Assembly (NCBI RefSeq): GCF_000025945.1
Contig: NC_006138.1
Coordinates: forward strand, 2,850,001 to 2,882,000
Reading direction: 5' to 3'
From: Desulfotalea psychrophila LSv54
GTDB lineage: Bacteria; Desulfobacterota; Desulfobulbia; Desulfobulbales; Desulfocapsaceae
DNA: 32,000 bases
Part shown: positions 26,331 through 32,000 of the stretch, in pieces
Position numbering within the stretch: the stretch's first letter is position 1
Layout of the letters: every line of letters starts with the position of its first letter
The notes under the pieces: generated by a model
What the model was told of the DNA's origin: nothing
Database searches by the model: none
Seen by the model: only the letters and a program-made list of their open reading frames with translations
Translations under genes and position numbers: made by a program

Positions 26331-27878
26331 ATGATACATGCATCCGACATAGCCCTCTCCTACGGCAAAAGGGTTATTTTCAAAGACGTTAATATTAAAT
26401 TCACCGCTGGTAACTGCTATGGCCTTATCGGGGCTAACGGCGCAGGAAAATCTACCTTTCTCAAAATTCTCTCCGGGCAAATTGATGCCGATAAGGGCGA
26501 AGTTTTTGTTGGAGCCAGAGAAAGAATTGCCATCCTCAACCAGGATCAGTTCGCCTACGACGAAACAACTGTTGCCCACACCGTACTCATGGGGCACAAG
26601 CGCCTGCACGAGATCATGGTTGAACGCGAGACCCTCTACGCCAAAACCGATTTCACCGAAGAGGATGGTATCCGCAGTGGCGAACTTGAAGGTGAATTTG
26701 CCGAGATGAACGGCTACGAGGTGGAGTCTGAGGCTGCGGCCCTGCTCAGTGGTTTGGGCGTCGGTGAAGAGCTGCGCGAGAAGAAGATGCGCGAGTTAGA
26801 AGGTGGACAGAAGGTACGAGTACTTCTTGCCCAGGCCCTTTTCGGTAACCCTGACATCCTCCTCCTCGATGAGCCAACAAACAACCTCGACAGCAAATCT
26901 ATTAACTGGCTGGAAGGATTCCTCGAACGATTTCAGAACACCGTTATCATCGTCTCCCATGATAGACACTTTCTCAATCAGGTCTGTACTCATATGGCCG
27001 ATATTGATTATGGACATATCCAAACCTATGCGGGTAACTATGACTTCTGGCTCCAGGCAAGTGAACTTGCCCAGCACCAACGCCAAGATGCCAACCGTAA
27101 GGCGGAAACCAAGGCCAAAGATCTGAAAGATTTTATTGCCCGTTTCTCCTCCAATGCATCAAAGGCCAAACAGGCAACTTCCCGTAAAAAGCTTCTTGAT
27201 AAACTTGAAATCGGCGATCTTCCAACCTCTTCACGAAAATACCCATTCATCCACTTTAAGCCGGGTAGAAGCTGTGGGGATATTATCCTTGAGGTAAAGG
27301 ATCTCTGTAAAAACATTGACGGGGTACAGGTTCTCAATAACTTCAATCTTGTGATCAATAAGGGTGAGAAAATAGGCTTTGTAGGTCTCAACGGCCCGGC
27401 AATCGCCGCTCTCTTTCAAATTCTTGCTGGCGAAATGGAACCAGACAGCGGCTCCTGTCGTTGGGGAATCACCATGACTGCCTCATATTTTCCACGAGAG
27501 AACAGTGCCTTCTTTGCAAAGGATGTCACCCTCGTTGATTGGTTGAGCGAATATACCCCTGTGACTGAAGGCGAGAGTTATGCCCGAGGTTTCCTAGGCA
27601 AAATGCTCTTCTCCGGCGAAGAGGCCACCAAGAAGACCAGTGTCCTCTCCGGTGGCGAAAAAGTGCGCTGCATGCTCTCAAAGATGATGCTCAGCGATGC
27701 TAACGCCCTCATCCTCGATGAACCGACAAACCATCTTGATCTGGAATCAATCACGGCCCTCAATGAGGGACTGCAAAATTTTACCGAGATTATCCTCTTC
27801 TCATCCCACGATCAGACTCTGATGAATACCGTAGCCAACCGACTCATTGAGATCCTGCCCCGGTGGCGTGATCGATAA
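26331..27878 (+). CDS. ABC-F family ATPase (YbiT-like), second Walker A degenerate
   Basis: Walker A-1 GANGAGKST intact; DEPTNNLD and DEPTNHLD; second site reads GLNGPAIAA in place of GxNGxGKST. Confidence 0.92.
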   Translation: MIHASDIALSYGKRVIFKDVNIKFTAGNCYGLIGANGAGKSTFLKILSGQIDADKGEVFVGARERIAILNQDQFAYDETTVAHTVLMGHKRLHEIMVERETLYAKTDFTEEDGIRSGELEGEFAEMNGYEVESEAAALLSGLGVGEELREKKMRELEGGQKVRVLLAQALFGNPDILLLDEPTNNLDSKSINWLEGFLERFQNTVIIVSHDRHFLNQVCTHMADIDYGHIQTYAGNYDFWLQASELAQHQRQDANRKAETKAKDLKDFIARFSSNASKAKQATSRKKLLDKLEIGDLPTSSRKYPFIHFKPGRSCGDIILEVKDLCKNIDGVQVLNNFNLVINKGEKIGFVGLNGPAIAALFQILAGEMEPDSGSCRWGITMTASYFPRENSAFFAKDVTLVDWLSEYTPVTEGESYARGFLGKMLFSGEEATKKTSVLSGGEKVRCMLSKMMLSDANALILDEPTNHLDLESITALNEGLQNFTEIILFSSHDQTLMNTVANRLIEILPRWRDR

Positions 27879-28018
27879 AATGATTCCCTACGATGAGTAC
27901 TTGTAAATGCAGAGGTTAAAGCCTTGCAGAAGAAGTACAGCAACTAACCATCGAAAAACAGGCGTTTTTTTATAGGGTGACTGTCTGAACATTGATGTCA
28001 CCCCATGCCCCTGAGCAA

Positions 28019-28063
28019 GACGATAGTTAGAAAACTCTAAAGTTTTTTATACTATCGTCTTCA
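28019..28063. repeat. Long interrupted inverted repeat between the ABC-F gene and nadA
   Basis: AAGACGATAGT (28019-28029)/ACTATCGTCTT (28053-28063) with inner AAAACT/AGTTTT. Confidence 0.85.
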
Positions 28064-28217
28064 CATTTGCAAAAAAGATGATTAAGTTGGCTTCCTGACT
28101 CCAAAACTGGAGACGGAACAACATAGACTGGCAGCAAGAGACAACGACTCTCGTTCTCTGCCTGCTATTTCAGATCAAAGATGGGTGCAAAACGCCACAG
28201 TACATTAGGAATCACAG

Positions 28218-29276
28218 ATGGCCACAAAAAAACAAGCTACTACTGCTTCACTGACTCTTCCCTCATTTGACGTTCCATCCCATCCCCTCAGGACACCCAT
28301 GACTCCTGAGGCAAAGAATGCCCTAAAGGATGAGATAAAGACCCTGCTCAAAGAGCAAAACGGGGTCTTGGTCGCTCATTACTATACCGATGGTGACATA
28401 CAGGATCTTGCCGAAGAGACAGGCGGTTGTGTTGCCGACTCACTGGAGATGGCCCGTTTTGGCACCGAACACCCTGCCGACACCCTGGTGGTTGCCGGAG
28501 TGAAGTTCATGGGTGAGACCGCAAAGATTCTCAACAATGAGAAGCGAGTCCTTATGCCTGATCTGGCTGCAACCTGCTCATTAGACGAAGGTTGCCCCAG
28601 CGATATTTTCTCTGATTTTTGCGATCAATACCCTGATCACACCGTGGTTGTTTATGCCAACACCAGTGCTGCCGTAAAAGCCCGGGCTGACTGGGTCGTT
28701 ACCTCTGGAATTGCCCTCTCCATCATTGACCATCTTGCTAAAAAGGGTGAAAAGATCCTTTGGGGCCCCGACCGTCATCTCGGTGGCTACGTTCAGCGCC
28801 TCACCGGAGCTGAGATGATCTTCTGGCCCGGTTCCTGCGTTGTCCACGAAGAGTTTAAGGCAGCAGCCCTTGAATTGCTCCGAGCCAAACATCCCGAAGC
28901 AGCGATTCTTGTTCATCCAGAATCACCTGCCTCGATTGTGGCTCAGGCCGATGTGATTGGCTCCACCACCGCCCTTATTAAAGCCGTGCAGAGTATGCCA
29001 AACAAGGAATTTATTGTAGCCACAGACATGGGTATCTTCAACAAGATGCGCCAGTTGGCTCCTGATAAGGTTCTTATTGAAGCACCCACCGCCGGCGAAG
29101 GCGCCACCTGCCACAGCTGTGCAAACTGCCCGTGGATGGGCATGAACTCTCTAGAGAAAATTGCCCATAGTCTGCGTACAGGTGCAGGAGAGATCCTCGT
29201 CTCTCCGGAGCTGGCCGTCAAGGCCGTACTCCCGATTCGCCGCATGCTAGACTTTGCCAAGACCCTGAAGAAATAG
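28218..29276 (+). CDS. nadA: Quinolinate synthase
   Basis: [92 protein letters not shown]. Confidence 0.97.
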   Translation: MATKKQATTASLTLPSFDVPSHPLRTPMTPEAKNALKDEIKTLLKEQNGVLVAHYYTDGDIQDLAEETGGCVADSLEMARFGTEHPADTLVVAGVKFMGETAKILNNEKRVLMPDLAATCSLDEGCPSDIFSDFCDQYPDHTVVVYANTSAAVKARADWVVTSGIALSIIDHLAKKGEKILWGPDRHLGGYVQRLTGAEMIFWPGSCVVHEEFKAAALELLRAKHPEAAILVHPESPASIVAQADVIGSTTALIKAVQSMPNKEFIVATDMGIFNKMRQLAPDKVLIEAPTAGEGATCHSCANCPWMGMNSLEKIAHSLRTGAGEILVSPELAVKAVLPIRRMLDFAKTLKK

Positions 29277-29379
29277 CCCAAGGCCAGCCAACAGGTTAAG
29301 AACTCAACAAAAGGGGCGATATAATGATATCGCCCCTTTTTTGTTCCCCCACCCTGCCCATGCCCTAAACAGGCTGAAA

Positions 29380-30474
29380 TTATTCGGCCAACAGCCACTG
29401 CCTATAAGCATCGGCCAGGCTCGTCCAACTAAAACCCTCGGTCATAGCCACCGCCTGCTGAGAACCCACCTTCCCCCCCTCATCAAGAAGAGACTGCAAC
29501 CTATTGGTCAGCTGCCCCTCATCATACAGATATTCCTCGGCAAAAAGTTCTGGATAGGAGAGGCGACGTGGCAGGAGCGGCACACAACCTGCACGCACAG
29601 CCTCAATAACGGCAACACCATAAAATTCATGGATTGCAGTGGAAACCACAATATCAGCCCTCTGTAAAAGCTGAGCATAGGCCTCATAGCTTTCTGCATA
29701 GCCAAAATGGATCATCTCCTCCCTGAAGGCAACCTCGGCCTGAGCAAAACAGGCAGGGCTATTACGAAAGGATTGGCCCAGGACAATCAGACGAAAGGCA
29801 ATACCCCGACTCTGCAGTTGAGTAAGGGCTGCAAAAAATTCTTCTGGATTTTTGTCATGCTCCCAGCGATGATTCCAGACAATAACAGGCGCTCCAGCCT
29901 CGGGTACTGGGGACAAAGAGATGGCATCGATGCTGGTAAAATCAAGACCCGGATAGAGGACACAGCTCTTCTCCTCCAGTTCGACAAGCAGCCGGGGAAG
30001 CTTCATATCAGATGCATAGCTTAAATACCGCCTGCAGCTCTCTAAAAAAGATTGGCGATTAAAAACACTGTTAAAGGCAATCCGATCACTGGCCAGGGCT
30101 GTGGTAAAATTAATTGCCGTAAATTGACGATTATCCGGGGCGGCCTCCTGATTGGGATAGACAAACTGATTCTCGTGAAAATAGGTACAAAAAAGGGTGG
30201 CAGGGTTCCAACCCTTAAGGCTTGAAACGAGGGCCCTTAAAACGGCAACATCGACAAAGGTTGAGCAGAGAACAGTATCAAAAAAACGTTCTTCAGGAAG
30301 CAGTTCGCCAAGAGATTGGACAAACCAGGGCGCAGAGAGCTGCATACGCATCTTCCATTTACGGGCAGGCAGGGTCATAAAGAGACAATCCGCTTCAACG
30401 ACGCCCTCGATTTTGTCAAGAAACTGTTTATGGGAGCCCCCATAGTATGGTTCAAGGATAAGAATTTTTTTCAT
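29380..30474 (-). CDS. Glycosyltransferase resembling tRNA-queuosine alpha-mannosyltransferase (DUF3524/GTDC1-like)
   Basis: MKKILILEPYYGGSHKQFLDKI N-terminus, FCTYFHENQFVYPNQ, INFTTALASDRIAFNS, C-terminal GT-B segment STAIHEFYGVAVIEAVRAGCVPLLP. Confidence 0.85.
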   Translation of the reverse strand: MKKILILEPYYGGSHKQFLDKIEGVVEADCLFMTLPARKWKMRMQLSAPWFVQSLGELLPEERFFDTVLCSTFVDVAVLRALVSSLKGWNPATLFCTYFHENQFVYPNQEAAPDNRQFTAINFTTALASDRIAFNSVFNRQSFLESCRRYLSYASDMKLPRLLVELEEKSCVLYPGLDFTSIDAISLSPVPEAGAPVIVWNHRWEHDKNPEEFFAALTQLQSRGIAFRLIVLGQSFRNSPACFAQAEVAFREEMIHFGYAESYEAYAQLLQRADIVVSTAIHEFYGVAVIEAVRAGCVPLLPRRLSYPELFAEEYLYDEGQLTNRLQSLLDEGGKVGSQQAVAMTEGFSWTSLADAYRQWLLAE

Positions 30475-30482
30475 TTTATATC

Positions 30483-30971
30483 TCAGAGGCGGGAAGAGAA
30501 CTCTCCACCGGCCTGCTTTTTAATTTTTTTATCAAGAACCTGGCTGAAAGATCTCTTCTCCACAAATTGATAGTGGCAACCCGTCGGCAATTCTCCACCA
30601 CAGAGCAGGAGATCCTTATGAGGAAAGCCTCGACAGACGGCGGGACGATTAGAATAATCCCCGCAAAGACCATCCTCACTGAGATGACAACAGGTAAAGA
30701 GCAGGTAGCCCTGGCCATCCCTGCCAGTCAGGATAAAACGTTCATATTCAGGATTTGAGCGAACAAGGCCAGCGAAGGTCGTAGCTGAACGAAGCCAACC
30801 ATCCGGCCCCTCCAGACTTAGACTGCGACAACAGGCACCACATCGGCCACAATCTCCTGCTACAAACAACTCGGTTTCAGAAAGGCGAAGTTTACCCTGA
30901 AGAAGTAGCCCCCTATAAGAAAATTTTCGCAGGCTCTGCCAAAGGGCGAGCAGTCTATCCATTTTTTTCAT
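30483..30971 (-). CDS. YkgJ-type Cys-cluster (zinc/iron-chelating) protein
   Basis: GDCGRCGACCRSLSL, LLFTCCHLSEDGLCGDYSNRPAVCRGFP. Confidence 0.88.
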   Translation of the reverse strand: MKKMDRLLALWQSLRKFSYRGLLLQGKLRLSETELFVAGDCGRCGACCRSLSLEGPDGWLRSATTFAGLVRSNPEYERFILTGRDGQGYLLFTCCHLSEDGLCGDYSNRPAVCRGFPHKDLLLCGGELPTGCHYQFVEKRSFSQVLDKKIKKQAGGEFSSRL

Positions 30972-31087
30972 TTTTACTTGCCTTGAACTTCCCTATGGTT
31001 CATTGTAAACAGTCTAGCATGGCCAGTTCTACAGCGAGTAACTACCAAAATTCCACTAAGAGTTCATCGATTCTATAACCAACAGCT

Positions 31088-31906
31088 ATGAAAAACATAA
31101 GACACATATACTATGTATCTGAAAACACAGGCCTACTGGCAAAAGACTCGGGCAAATCCCTACTCTGCCAATTTCCAGGGGTTGAATTCCAGGAAGAACT
31201 CCTACCCTTTATCCGAACTAAGGATGATGCCCAAAGAACCATCAATGCCATCAGAGAAAAATGCGGTGAAGAAAAACCTATTATTTTTTCCACCATCTTT
31301 GATCCAGAGATAAACAAAATCCTCCAGCACGAGGATGTTATCCTCCTTAATATCTGTGAACCATTCCTCACTCAACTTGAGGGAATGCTTGGAAAAAATG
31401 CCCTCCGTGCAAGTGGTCACTCTCGCAATGTCGATCAACAGATCATGAGCAACAGAGTCGATGCCATCCACTACACCATCTCCCATGACGATGGCACCGC
31501 AATCATGGACTATGAAGAGGCTGATCTTATCATTGTCGGAGTCTCAAGGTCCGGCAAGACTCCCATTTCCGTATTCCTTGCCACTCAGATGGGAATCAAG
31601 ACAGCAAACTACCCTCTGGTTGAACAAGATCTAACCTTCTGTCAACTTCCTGAAGATATTATCAAAAACAAGCACAAGGTGGTGGGACTCTCTATATCAC
31701 CGGATGTACTTCATACCTTTCGCGAACAGAGATATAAGGGCAGCCACTATGCGCAGATGTCTACCTGTAAAAGGGAAACTCTTCAATCAAAAAGAATTTT
31801 TGAAAAATACGATCTCCCCGTTGTCTTCTCCGATGCCAGATCCATTGAAGAGACGGCAACCCAGGTTGCCCAGGAGTTAAGCAAACAATGGAACCCCATC
31901 TTTTAA
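31088..31906 (+). CDS. Pyruvate phosphate dikinase / PEP synthase regulatory protein (PSRP, DUF299)
   Basis: YYVSENTGLLAKDSGKSLLCQFP, DYEEADLIIVGVSRSGKTPISVFLATQMGIKTANYPLV, GLSISPDVL. Confidence 0.92.
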   Translation: MKNIRHIYYVSENTGLLAKDSGKSLLCQFPGVEFQEELLPFIRTKDDAQRTINAIREKCGEEKPIIFSTIFDPEINKILQHEDVILLNICEPFLTQLEGMLGKNALRASGHSRNVDQQIMSNRVDAIHYTISHDDGTAIMDYEEADLIIVGVSRSGKTPISVFLATQMGIKTANYPLVEQDLTFCQLPEDIIKNKHKVVGLSISPDVLHTFREQRYKGSHYAQMSTCKRETLQSKRIFEKYDLPVVFSDARSIEETATQVAQELSKQWNPIF

Positions 31907-31937
31907 ACCTCTTTAACAATTTTAACACTAAGAAATC

Positions 31938-32000
31938 ATGATAACTACAGAGAGCACCTGCCCCTGCGGCAGCGAAGAACCTTTCGGCAAATGTTGCCTG
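31938..32000 (+). CDS. Start of a SEC-C motif protein (YchJ/UPF0225-like), truncated by window end
   Basis: ATG ... MITTESTCPCGSEEPFGKCCL; CPCGSxxxFxxCC N-terminal motif. Confidence 0.65.
   Translation, partial: MITTESTCPCGSEEPFGKCCL

Noticed and set aside
28064-28217. NAD-related riboswitch upstream of nadA
   Set aside because: No convincing conserved core; only small local hairpins such as CTCCAAAACTGGAG.
1-32000. CRISPR arrays, prophage, IS elements, toxin-antitoxin or defence systems
   Set aside because: No regularly spaced direct repeats, transposase or phage structural motifs, and no defence effector motifs were seen in any ORF; the only mobile element supported is the group II intron.

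Overview
This looks like an ordinary bacterial chromosomal segment. Gene content is consistent with a Desulfotalea-like deltaproteobacterial sulfate reducer, but that is inference from gene content only. It carries housekeeping genes (purC, nadA, an RpoD-like sigma factor, a metY-type sulfhydrylase, a PSRP/PpsR-type regulator, two ABC-F genes, two identical tRNA-Glu(CTC) genes) plus several less ordinary loci. I found no CRISPR array, prophage, toxin-antitoxin pair or defence island. The items most worth a second look are: (1) a nickel superoxide dismutase homologue with an N-terminal Sec-type signal placed exactly before the HCQLPCG Ni-hook; (2) a group II intron just downstream of a rhodanese gene, whose maturase ORF runs through a short 31-nt domain V, with proposed boundaries supported by EBS1/IBS1 pairing and a branch-point A at -7; (3) a Cache-PAS-nucleotidyltransferase (DUF294-like) fusion with an unidentified ~150-aa N-terminal region; (4) a 74-nt remnant of the 3' end of a satP-like acetate transporter gene lying 3' of a frameshifted permease, with the intact copy about 4.7 kb away; (5) an ABC-F protein whose second ATPase site has lost the Walker A Lys/Thr; (6) a single-subunit 2-hydroxyacyl-CoA dehydratase-family protein paired with its activase, as in double-cubane systems; (7) a glycosyltransferase resembling tRNA-queuosine mannosyltransferase. 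Family assignments were made by eye from motifs; no database search was possible.
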